NCBI RefSeq assembly: GCF_006345805.1
Contig: NW_021827143.1
Coordinates: 1-10,971 of the forward strand
Source: Octopus sinensis
Lineage: Eukaryota
Direction: 5' to 3'
Length of the DNA: 10,971 nucleotides
The stretch's first letter is position 1, and every line of letters begins with the position of its first letter. Positions 1 to 8,973 of the stretch are shown here, piece after piece. The notes beneath the pieces are model-generated. The model made no database searches. It was not told the origin of the DNA and saw nothing but the letters and a program-made list of their open reading frames with translations. Made by a program: the position numbers and the translations under genes.

Positions 1-76
1 AAGACACTTGCCCAAGGTGCCACGCAGTGGGACTGAACCCGGAACCATGTGGTTGGTAAACAAGCTACTTACCACA
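1..76 (-). mobile_element. 5' head of tRNA-derived SINE family B (CORE-like; possibly octopus OR2-type), cut by window start
   Basis: Minus strand reads TGTGGTAAGTAGCTTGTTTACCAACCACATGGTTCCGGGTTCAGTCCCACTGCGTGGCACCTTGGGCAAGTGTCTT. It has a Pol III B-box-like GGTTCAGTCC and a CCTTGGGCAAGT motif resembling the MIR/CORE domain, and matches the copy at about 8845-8920. Confidence 0.85.
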
Positions 77-80
77 AAAT

Positions 81-378
81 CAGTGTCGACTTTGCGTTTC
101 ATCTTTTGTGTTTCGATAAAATAAGTATCGGTGAAGTACTTAATTGGTATAATCAACTTCCACGCCCTTAAACTTTACTGGCTCGGTTCTAAGATTTGAG
201 CCATTCGCTAGCATTTCTTAGATGATAACTGGCTGAAATTTTAGCGCGATGGACAAATGATCGGCCATCTTTATGTTCTGATTTCAGGTCTCACCGTGAT
301 AGGCTTTGCCTTTTTCCATTCGTTGTCGATTAAATCTATTGGAGTCGATTTAATGGACTATCCCCTCCTCCCCAAATT
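81..378 (+). mobile_element. Two heavily decayed fragments of SINE family A
   Basis: GTCGACTTTGCGTTTCATCTTTTGTGTTTCGATAAAATAAGTATCGG (about 84-130) and AACTGGCTGAAATTTTAGC...GTTCTGATTTCAGG...CTTTGCCTTTTTCCATTCGTTGTCGATTAAA (about 226-335) align by eye to the intact copy at 7340-7570. Boundaries are approximate. Confidence 0.6.
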
Positions 379-383
379 ATATA

Positions 384-617
384 TATTTCTTTACTACCCA
401 CAAGGGGCTAAACACAGAGGAGACAAACAAGGATAGACAAAGGGATTAAGTCGATTACATCGACCCCAGTGCGTAACTGGTACTTAATTTATTGACCCCG
501 GAAGGATGAAAGGCAAAGTCGACCTCGGCGGAATTTGTTGAACTCAGAACGTAACGGCAGACGAAATATGACAACGCATTTCGCCCGGCGTGCTAACGTT
601 TCTGCCAGCTTGCTGCC
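384..617 (-). mobile_element. Near full-length tRNA-derived SINE, family A
   Basis: Reverse complement is highly similar to 7340-7570: head GGCAGCAAGCTGGCAGAAACGTTAGCACGCCGGGCGAAATGC, B-box region GAGTTCAA(CAA)ATTCC, body GAGGTCGACTTTGCCTTTCATCCTTCCGGGGTC, tail GTTTAGCCCCTTGTGGGTAGTAAAGAAATA. Confidence 0.92.
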
Positions 618-866
618 TTATATAGGCTATCGCCTTCATCGAAAATTGTATGGGTATTCTGCGTATAGTAGAAATTCTGCTGACTTAAATTAACTAAACA
701 AGGATATGGCCGAGACTTTTGCATGACGCCTTTATTCCAGCTGTTTTCACGGAATTCAAATTTTGTAAAGATTAACATTCACATTCATCCATTCGATGCT
801 GATAACATAGGTAAATATTAAGTACTGGGGACAGTACTACCCCACCGCATACATATGCACGGGTTC

Positions 867-922
867 GTGTGTGCGTGTGTCGTGTATGTGTGCGTGCATG
901 TGTGTGTTGTGTGTGTGTGTGT
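867..922. repeat. (GT)n imperfect microsatellite
   Basis: Direct reading: GTGTGTGCGTGTGTCGTGTATGTGTGCGTGCATGTGTGTG... Confidence 0.9.
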
Positions 923-1001
923 TTCATAAGATTAGTATTTCACATATTCACGGAAGAAAACAATTCTGTCAATGTATTTTGATATAGTACAGCATTTTAG
1001 A

Positions 1002-1510
1002 AATTTCTTTATTGCCCTCAGGGGTCTAAACACAGAAAGGACAAACAAGGACAGACAAAGTGATTAAGTCGATTACATCGACCCCAGTGCGTAACTGGTA
1101 CTTATTTAATCGATCACGAAAAGATGCAGGGCAAACAAAATACCGCTAAGAAGGGACAATCAAATACAAAGAGATTAAGACGATTACATCGAATCAAGTG
1201 CGAAGCTGGTACTTAATTTTACCGACTCCGAAAGGACGAGAGGCAAAGTCGACCTCGGGTGAATTTGAACTCAGAACGTAACGGCAGATGAAATACCTAT
1301 TTCTTTATTACCCACAAGGGGCTAAACACAGAGGGGACAAACAAGGACAGACATAGGTATTAAGTCGATTACATCGACCCCAGTGCGTAACTGGTACATA
1401 ATTTATCGACCCCGAACGGATGAAAGGCAAAGTCGACCTCGGAGGAATTTGAACTCAGAACGTAACGGCAGATGAAATACCGCTAAGTATTTCGCCTGGT
1501 GCGTCGCCGC
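1002..1510 (-). mobile_element. Tandem trimer of SINE family A segments
   Basis: The block GATTAAG(T)CGATTACATCGA...GTGCG..ACTGGTAC occurs three times (about 1062, 1174, 1358). Junction at 1297/1298 (GAAATACC|TATTTCTTT) joins an internal position of one unit to the tail of the next. The head is truncated near 1500. Confidence 0.88.
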
Positions 1511-2086
1511 CCAAAATTAGAACATAATTTTTTTGGTCCGTGTTGATTATTACCCTCCTTGTTATACTGATTTCATCTTTAGAATATCTTTCTTCTCTAA
1601 AGAAGTTTATCGTGACTTGTTGTGATTGGTGCGATTACAATTTCATGCTCCATATCCTGCTTAACTCAAATCGGATATTTTGGTGCATTTTTCTATTATT
1701 CCGACCTCTTTTTGAGCAACGGCTTTTATCAAAATCGAAGAAGGTTTTTCTTAGAGCGCATATATTTACATTCCATTTATTTTGATAATTGTCACAACTC
1801 ATTTGGCAGAAGTGTACAATTTTGTCTCATATTACATGATTAATGGAAAACCCTTAGCCACCAGTGATTTGACGATAACGTCTATCATTATTTAAACCCT
1901 TATATTCTTCCTTGGTAAACATTTGAAGTTTATAGAATGTAATTTTCAAGTGATTCCTTTCAGGAATTTATTAATAGTATACTGAATCTATGACGACGTC
2001 TGAAGAATATTTGTAAAAAATATATAAGCTCAAGGAAAACTAAACAAATTAATGGTGAGTCTTCATCGACTTATTGATATATATTA

Positions 2087-2143
2087 TACAATACACTCAC
2101 TCACACACTCACACTATATATAGCATATATACATATAAATAAG

Positions 2144-2192
<49 letters not shown>

Positions 2193-2225
2193 TATATATT
2201 ATATATATATAATATATATATATAT
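2087..2225. repeat. (AC)/(AT)n compound microsatellite
   Basis: Direct reading of CACACTCA and ATATAT runs. Confidence 0.95.
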
Positions 2226-2271
2226 GAAAAAACAAGTCAAGATAGAAAATGCTAAAGTAATTTTATAAAGA

Positions 2272-2319
2272 ACATTTCAGTACCGGTTTCGGTCATTTTG
2301 CGACCTTTCAGCTGTAACA
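2272..2319 (-). ncRNA. Minimal type I hammerhead-ribozyme-like motif with a degenerate core (probable Penelope-like/retrozyme remnant)
   Basis: Minus strand: TGTTACAG CTGAAA GGTC gcaaaat GACC GAA ACCGGT A CTGAAATGT. Stem I is GTTACAG/CTGAAAT (one A-A mismatch, one G-U), stem II is GGTC/GACC, then GAA, a palindromic stem III ACCGGT and a GUA cleavage triplet. The core is CUGAAA, one nucleotide shorter than CUGANGA. Confidence 0.6.
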
Positions 2320-2454
2320 ATAAATAATTAATTTAGAAAAATTAAAAGAAAAGTTTTTTTAAAGGAATTTTTGAATAGTGTTCAAATATAAGTGGCATTT
2401 TCCTTGTTTCTGCCTTTCCTGGTCTCTTTTGTTTGCACTTATGTGTTCGAGGTC

Positions 2455-2455
<1 letters not shown>

Positions 2456-2488
<33 letters not shown>

Positions 2489-2520
2489 TGTGTGTGTGTG
2501 TATGTGTGTGTGTGTGTGTC
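2456..2520. repeat. (AT)n(GT)n microsatellite
   Basis: Direct reading. Confidence 0.95.
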
Positions 2521-2594
2521 TATTCATATTTATGTTCATATATGCACAGATGTATAACGACGACACATGCATATAAATAGATATAAACATGAGA

Positions 2595-3066
<472 letters not shown>

Positions 3067-3559
3067 AAGAGTGCAGTAGTATCCCTTATTTCGTGTATGC
3101 CTTCATAAGTTTCGTTATACGTCTTTATGCTTGTGCACTCTAACACGTGTGTGATTACTGAATGCCATATTGACTGCGTGGGCTTGAAACGCGATACAAA
3201 ATATAAAAATCTGCTGACAAGTGTCCTGAAAACCGAAATCTTCAAAACGATTTGGCTTTTGATCTGCGAGAGATAATGTATCATCAACATTCACAAAAAA
3301 GTCCCATCATCAAAAGAGAGCATGTTGCCTTTGATAAAATGCCGATGATGTTAGACAAAAAAAAAAATGAAAACCTAATGAAGAGAACGAAGATGAAAAT
3401 CTAATTCCTCTGGCATCTGATTTATACATGGCGACGTAAAACTAAGTCTCTGCATGAAAGCAACGTTTGCTAAGGTATGATACATTCATTTAGAATTTCT
3501 ATAAGGTAATTAAGTCAATTACAAATTGAGAGCGCCCTTATTTATCATATCTAGGCTAC

Positions 3560-3572
3560 ATGTCTGTCTCTG

Positions 3573-3647
<75 letters not shown>

Positions 3648-3667
3648 AGATCGATCGATCAATTTAA

Positions 3668-3707
<40 letters not shown>

Positions 3708-3708
3708 T
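3560..3708 (-). repeat. (TATC)n array (GATA on the minus strand) followed by (AT)n
   Basis: Direct reading: TGTCTGTCTCTGTATCTATCTATC...TATCTATAGATCGATCGATC then ATATAT. Confidence 0.95.
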
Positions 3709-3854
3709 TCTATATTTTGTATCTTTTCATTTGTTTTGCACGCTTACGTTCGGGCGTTTGTTGAATTTTCTTGAGAACAATCTTTTCTTAGTGGTCAGAC
3801 CATATGGGGTCTATCTCTAACATAATGGATGTCCACTTAGTGGTCATCCCTCTA

Positions 3855-3940
3855 ATATGTATATAAATATATGTGTGTGTGTGTGCGTATGTGTGTGCAT
3901 ACATATATAAATACATAGATACATAAATATATATATATAC
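3855..3940. repeat. (AT)/(GT)/(AC) compound microsatellite
   Basis: Direct reading. Confidence 0.85.
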
Positions 3941-4107
3941 ACGTTTATGAATTAACGCTGCAGGATTACTGTTACGAAAACGTGTGTTGAACCAGATATT
4001 GTCGTATTTTGGGATGATCATCTTTTCTACCAAATAAACACACGCATGATGTATTTGTTGTTGATTCGTTTATTAATGTTCTTATTGTAATCCAATGTCC
4101 GGCAATA

Positions 4108-4131
4108 TTATATATACACACACATATATGA

Positions 4132-4174
<43 letters not shown>

Positions 4175-4300
4175 TATATATGTATATACATAAATATATA
4201 TATATACACACATATATAGAGTGAGAGAGTGAGAGATTACACACATACATATTTTTATATATTCATACATACACGCACACATATATGCATGCATATACAT
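4108..4300. repeat. (AT)/(AC)/(GA) compound microsatellite
   Basis: Direct reading. Confidence 0.9.
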
Positions 4301-4519
4301 GAATACTACATAGTATCCAACTAATATTACCTCCTCTTTAATCCACTAACCCTAGTCACAAATTTGTAGATCTGTGGCAATTTTCGGTAGCAAAAATCAA
4401 ACTTATTATTATCTTTATTACTTGACTTCTATCATTATAAAATATTCCATGTATAGTTTAACAGATAATGAGCTTTAATTGTTTGAAGTGGTTCATTTTA
4501 TCTTGAATGAAAAATCAAC

Positions 4520-4532
4520 TTTATTTTTTAAT
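4520..4532 (-). terminator. Candidate tandem polyadenylation signals (ATTAAA-A-AATAAA) for the minus-strand gene
   Basis: Plus TTTATTTTTTAAT reads ATTAAAAAATAAA on the minus strand. It is the first AATAAA I find downstream of the stop at 5328-5330. The region is AT-rich, so a chance match is possible. Confidence 0.35.
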
Positions 4533-4810
4533 TACCATACCTGAGTACAAATAAAACTATTTTTCAGACATCAAAATCCTCGAGTCATTTCCAACTTGTG
4601 CTGTGCAGCAGCGCAGAAGATGTTATTTACGATACAAAGCAATACAAAGATGGCTGCACTGCCATTTTTACCTTCATATATACGAGGAACTTATACGAAA
4701 TTTCCTCCTTTTCTTAAATAGTTTAGTGTAAGTTTTCTGGAAGATTTGTAGCTATTTCTAACAATTCTAAGAATTTCATAGAAAATCCCTCTTAGCGTCG
4801 GACTAAACAT

Positions 4811-4814
<4 letters not shown>

Positions 4815-4846
<32 letters not shown>
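4815..4846. repeat. (AT)n microsatellite
   Basis: Direct reading. Confidence 0.95.
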
Positions 4847-4847
<1 letters not shown>

Positions 4848-5109
4848 CGCGTGCGAATACCCACATCTATATTGTGAGGCGGAGGTGGAATAGATAAATA
4901 TGACAGGCAACAAAGATATTTATACATCACACGATACTTTGGTATTTTCGCTCGCGATGGGGTCCCGTCATCTGATACAAGAACCCTATTATTTTCTTAG
5001 TTTCTCATCTCTCAATACATTCCTGGATGTGAAACAGGGAAAAAACAGACAGACAACGAAATAGATGTGGCAGGCCGAATAATGGAAATAACGGAGGAAA
5101 AATACTATC

Positions 5110-5153
5110 ATTATTATTATTATTATTAGTAGTAGTAGTAGTAGTAGTAGTAA

Positions 5154-5217
<64 letters not shown>
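5110..5217. repeat. (ATT)6(AGT)30 trinucleotide repeat with one AAT interruption
   Basis: ATT x6 at 5110-5127 and AGT units at 5128-5217. This is the source of the poly-Tyr in ORF 5126..5395. Confidence 0.97.
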
Positions 5218-5219
<2 letters not shown>

Positions 5220-5327
5220 AAATGGCGGCTGTGTTGGTCGTGGTAATAGTAACAGTTATAAATATGGAGAGGGAAAATGTTGAAGGGAGAAGTAAGAAGA
5301 ACCGCTATCACACAAACTACAATCCAT

Positions 5328-5418
5328 TTAGCAACATAGCTTCCGGCAGTGAACTTTTCTAATCCTATAACGCTCCCGAGCCATATCGATGACATTTTCG
5401 CTGGAGGTCAGGTCTTGT
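5328..5418 (-). CDS. Terminal coding exon of an unnamed putative single-pass membrane protein: (R)QDLTSSENVIDMARERYRIRKVHCRKLCC*
   Basis: Strong minus-strand acceptor CTCCTCTGTTTTACCCTGCAG| at 5419-5439. The phase-2 entry matches the AG| end of exon 6482-6558 (AG+A = Arg). The frame is open for 29 codons to TAA at 5330-5328. Confidence 0.72.
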
Positions 5419-5686
5419 CTGCAGGGTAAAACAGAGGAGCGATTCTAGAATTTGCCGTCCAACTGAGCATGTATCTCCCTCGCAGGCTTAAATCACAGAG
5501 AGAAATACCTTGCTGGGATATAAAATGCCGGCGGGATTATTAATATGAAAAAAAATGAAGATTCGAAAAAATGATATTTTGGTCTGGATCTGAATAAGAT
5601 TTAGAGGGTTGGTAGGAGGTGTGAAATAATGGGGGTGGAGGAGGATATTGCTAATTTCTTAGAATGATACAATACGTGTTTACTAT

Positions 5687-5698
5687 TGTATACACATA

Positions 5699-5732
<34 letters not shown>

Positions 5733-5808
5733 AATATTATATATATATTATATATATATGTATATACTATTGTATACACACACTATTTATATATATATAT
5801 ATATATTA

Positions 5809-5861
<53 letters not shown>

Positions 5862-5895
5862 TATTATATATATGTATATATGTACATATGTATAT
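5687..5895. repeat. Imperfect (AT)n array (intronic)
   Basis: Direct reading. It gives the YI/IY ORFs. Confidence 0.95.
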
Positions 5896-6481
5896 TTGTG
5901 TTATTACTATTTAACAGGAGATGTGTTATTGACACGGTAGTAATTCGAAACTGACCCGGCTAACAATTGGTAGCGTATTAGCATAAGTTCATGTCTCTGT
6001 AACGTAATTATTAAAATATTGTTAAGTGTGCAAGAATATTCCTTAAGGAGCGAAAAATAATGCGATAAAAAAATATACGAAAACACACTGCTTTGTAAAA
6101 ATTAGTGAACCTATGTAAATGAGAATGAAATTATATTTTAGAAATTAAATGTTTATAATCGAATATAATATAATACAACGCAATAACAATTATAAGAAGA
6201 ATTTAAGAGGGCAAGACAAGCAACGGTTCATTGTGTATCGTTTCGGTTCGTTTTGTATCATTTTGGTCTAAACTTTGTTCATTGTTAATTCTTTAGAAAA
6301 AAATATTACAAATGAATTTTAAAAAATACATTCATTATTTTTTTAACGGTGGTGGTGGAAGGTGTCTTTACCAAGGGAATAACGAACGGGATGAAGAAGG
6401 AAAGAGAAATACAAGAGCTATTGAGAGATTTTATTGTTCTTTTGATCGACCTGCTAGAGATGACAGCTTGAATGAAAATAC

Positions 6482-6558
6482 CTTGGTTTTATACACACAA
6501 AAATGGCACACAGCAACATGTACACAAAGAGTTTTTGGATAAAAATCATTGATATAAT
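6482..6558 (-). CDS. Internal coding exon encoding the hydrophobic segment IISMIFIQKLFVYMLLCAIFVCIKP(R); alternative start at 6561 adds Gln
   Basis: Acceptor CTTTGTTTAACCTTATTTCAGCAG| (tandem CAGCAG at 6564-6559) and donor AAG|GTATTT at 6481. The exon is 77 nt, phase 0 to phase 2, and in frame with both flanking exons. Confidence 0.78.
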
Positions 6559-6991
6559 CTGCTGAAATAAGGTTAAACAAAGGATATAAAAGTGATGGCA
6601 AATACCTTGACATGGGTCTCAAATCAGACCTTTTTTATTTGTGTTTGTTTCGTATTTTCTCTTAGAAATTCTGATTGTCTTCTTTTTTTTTCTTTTTAAT
6701 CGATTACGGTATGAGCGCATATAGCTAACTACATCAACTCAGTTTATTACAAATACTTGTGGGGATGAACTAAGGGGGCAAAATATATCGTTAGTACTAG
6801 AATGAAATCATTGCAATGTGGTATTTTGAGATTTACTGGTATATTATCCGACACAATTTGTCTTATGGCACAAACCGAATTAAACGTAAATAAATATGAA
6901 ATAAGAAACATTGTACAAAGTAGTTTTCGGGAGGTATGTTTATAAATATATAAAGAAAGGTGAACGATGTCACTCGATAAAATATAAGGGC

Positions 6992-7200
6992 TTCTAATTT
7001 TGACACAAGCCCAGCAATTCTGGGTGAGTGGTATATCATATCGATCCCAACCCATTGCTCAACTAGTAGTTATTTTATCGACCCCAAAGAGGACAAATTG
7101 CAAAGTAACCCTCGGTGGAATTTGATCTCAGACTGCAGACTCGGACGAAATTCCGGTAAGCAATTTGCTCTGTGCGATGAGGATCCTACCAGATCGCCAT
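6992..7200 (-). mobile_element. Older, diverged SINE family A copy (intronic)
   Basis: TATTTTATCGACCCCAAAGAGGACAAATTGCAAAGTAACCCTCGGTGGAATTTGATCTCAGA aligns with AATTTATCGACCCCGAACGGATGAAAGGCAAAGTCGACCTCGGAGGAATTTGAACTCAGA of the copy at about 1400-1460. Confidence 0.75.
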
Positions 7201-7339
7201 CTTTTGATTATGAAAAGAAATATTAAATCGTAATTATAACAATTATTTGAAAAGGTATTTAGCAGATCTTCACACTCGAACAGTCCTAACTACTACAAAT
7301 TAAGTCTAAGTATCTGAAGATACAGTAATTGTTCTTGAT

Positions 7340-7680
7340 GGCAGCGAGCTGCCAGAATCGTTAGCACGCCGGGCGAAATTCGTAGCCGTATTTCGTCTGC
7401 CGTTACGTTCTGAGTTCAAATTCCTCCGAAGTCGACTTTGCCTTTCATCCTATCGGGGTCGATAAATTAAGTACCAGTTACGCACTGGGGTCGATATAAT
7501 CGACTTAATCCGTTTGTCTGTCCTTGTTTGTCCCCTCTGTGTTTAGCCCCTTGTGGGTAGTAAAGAAATAGATAAATTAAGTACCAGTTACGCACTGGTG
7601 TCGATATAATCGACTTAATCCGTTTGTCTGTCCTTGTTTGTCCCCTCTATGTTTAGCCCCTTGTAGGCAATAAAGAAACA
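7340..7680 (+). mobile_element. Young SINE family A (7340-7570) plus a tandem second copy of its 3' 110 bp (7571-7680)
   Basis: tRNA-like head GGCAGCGAGCTGCCAGAATCGTTAGCACGCC and B-box-like GAGTTCAAATTCC. The body GTCGACTTTGCCTTTCATCCTATCGGGGTCGATAAATTAAGTACCAG resembles, from memory, the conserved Meta-type SINE domain. 7461-7570 and 7571-7680 differ at 6 of 110 positions. Confidence 0.93.
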
Positions 7681-7831
7681 GGTACTGTATTTGTTCTTTA
7701 TTCAAACAAGGATGGTGTTATAAGAATAATGTAAATACGAAATGGGAGAATCGTTTTAAAAGGTTTATTGAACGACGAAATTTTGAAAGAAGGGTACGTA
7801 AATGTTGCAGCAACAGCATTTCTTCACTTAC

Positions 7832-7888
7832 AGGCCTTGAAATCTTATTGTATCGCTTCCTAAGTGCAAGATCACCCAAACTTGTCTC
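7832..7888 (-). CDS. Internal coding exon (57 nt, phase 0-0): ETSLGDLALRKRYNKISRP
   Basis: Acceptor ACATCTTTTTCATTTAG| (7889 upward) and consensus donor CCT|GTAAGT (7831 downward). It is open in the frame shared with the downstream exons. Confidence 0.8.
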
Positions 7889-8550
7889 CTAAATGAAAAA
7901 GATGTATCATGTTTTAAAACTATGCCGCAACTAAATACGATAAACTAATGCAGTGAATTGCGAAAGTATTTGCTGTGTAAGAGGCACAGAGTAGGCGTGA
8001 TTTTACCGATACGAAGTGTTCTATTTAAACACAATGAAATAAGGAATTTGAACAAGAAAGTATTTATGTTGGAAGAGATACAGTGAAGGTAAAACATTAT
8101 CGATATAATCGTTTATCAAAAAGTGCAGGAAACGAGGCAAATGGACTGGAAAGTCGTCTCGTATACACGAGGATATGGTTGTGCCAGTTTCGAGCTGATA
8201 TTACGACAGTCACTGTGGACGTAGTTTTTGTATAGTAAAGGTAGTCTGGATATATTCAATAATGGAGTACATATTTTTTCTATGAGATAAGATGACACGC
8301 AAACTGTACAATCCACGTTTAATAAGCAATGCTACACTGTTTGAATAGCATATTTCAATGCCATGTGAGTAAACAAATATTTTCATGTATGAAGAAGTTG
8401 TTTGTATATTGCTACATATAGTTGCTTTAGATTGCGATATATAAGTTAGAGATATATCCTCGACGTTAATAATGTGTATTTTATATTCCATACAGCATTA
8501 ATGTGAATGAATTGTTTAGTGAAATATATTTAATGCTATATATGCCCTGT

Positions 8551-8938
8551 TACTCTTTTACTTATTTTAGTCATTTGACTGTGGCCATACAGGAGCACCG
8601 CCCTTACTCGAGCAAATCGACCACAGGATTTATCCTTTGTAAGCCTAGTACTTATTCTATCGGTAAGTTACGGGGACGTAGACACACCAGCATCTACTGT
8701 CAAGCGATGTTGGTGGGGACAAAGAGACACACAAACATATACACACACATATATATACATATATATATATATATACGACGGGCTTCTTTCAGTTTCCGAC
8801 TACCAAATCCACTCACAAGACTTTGGTCGGTCCGAGGCTATAGTAGAAGATAGTTGCCCAGGTGCCACGCAGTGGGACGGAATCCGGAACATTGAGGTTG
8901 GTAAGCAAGCTACTTACCACACAGCCACTACTACGCCT
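8551..8938 (-). mobile_element. Full-length SINE family B (CORE-like) with an internal (AC)/(AT) microsatellite
   Basis: Minus-strand head AGGCGTAGTAGTGGCTGTGTGGTAAGTAGCTTGCTTACCAACC...GGATTCCGTCCCACTGCGTGGCACCTGGGCAAC matches 1-76. The tail ends AATGACTAAAATAAGTAAAAGAGTA and matches the fragment at 10067-10105. Confidence 0.88.
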
Positions 8939-8973
8939 ATGTATGTATCGTTTCAATGCATAGGCACCGATTT

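Noticed and set aside
821-837. Perfect hairpin AGTACTG-GGA-CAGTACT
   Set aside because: A single 7-bp inverted repeat is expected by chance in 11 kb, and it has no supporting context.
384-1510. Recurring direct repeats with internal palindromes (GTCGAT-NNN-ATCGAC, CCAGT-GCGTA-ACTGG) as a CRISPR-like array
   Set aside because: They are parts of dispersed SINE copies in a eukaryotic genome, with no regular repeat-spacer periodicity and no cas genes.
1510-2090. Non-repetitive stretch with ORFs 1540..1785 and 1622..1843, and a roughly 60-codon open run on the minus strand
   Set aside because: There is no recognisable domain, all frames have many stops, and I found no convincing splice-site pair. 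It may be decayed transposon sequence, but only a search could show that.
3068-3141. Inverted repeat AGAGTGCA...TGCACTCT, a possible pre-miRNA
   Set aside because: Pairing breaks down after about 13 bp with a large internal mismatch region, so it is not a continuous miRNA-like stem.
4568-4735. Plus-strand acceptor TTTTTCAG followed by two open frames of about 50 codons
   Set aside because: There is no partner exon on the plus strand and no recognisable peptide, and it overlaps the likely 3' UTR of the minus-strand gene.
5126-5395. ORF whose SSIWLGSVIGLEKFTA and AKWIVVCVIAVLLTSP segments resemble GPCR TM3 (WLxxxxxxERY) and TM4
   Set aside because: This frame has a TGA four codons before the Met and just after the acceptor, the TM3-TM4 linker is far too short, and it ends in repeat-derived poly-Tyr. 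A different frame is phase-compatible with the upstream exons.
6232-6275. Second possible hammerhead remnant (minus strand ...ATGATAC...CCGAAACGATAC)
   Set aside because: There is no CUGA core and no convincing stems I or II.
6482-6558. Alternative open frame DYINDFYPKTLCVHVAVCHFCVYKTK (ORF 6431..6622)
   Set aside because: It needs phase-1 entry, and exon 7832-7888 has a TGA in that frame.
8110-8500. ORFs 8116..8316 and 8210..8491, and a faint plus-strand resemblance (QMDWKVVSY) to the mariner WEVLPHPPYSPDL region
   Set aside because: The YSPDL motif is absent, no terminal inverted repeats are seen, and the similarity is too weak to call.
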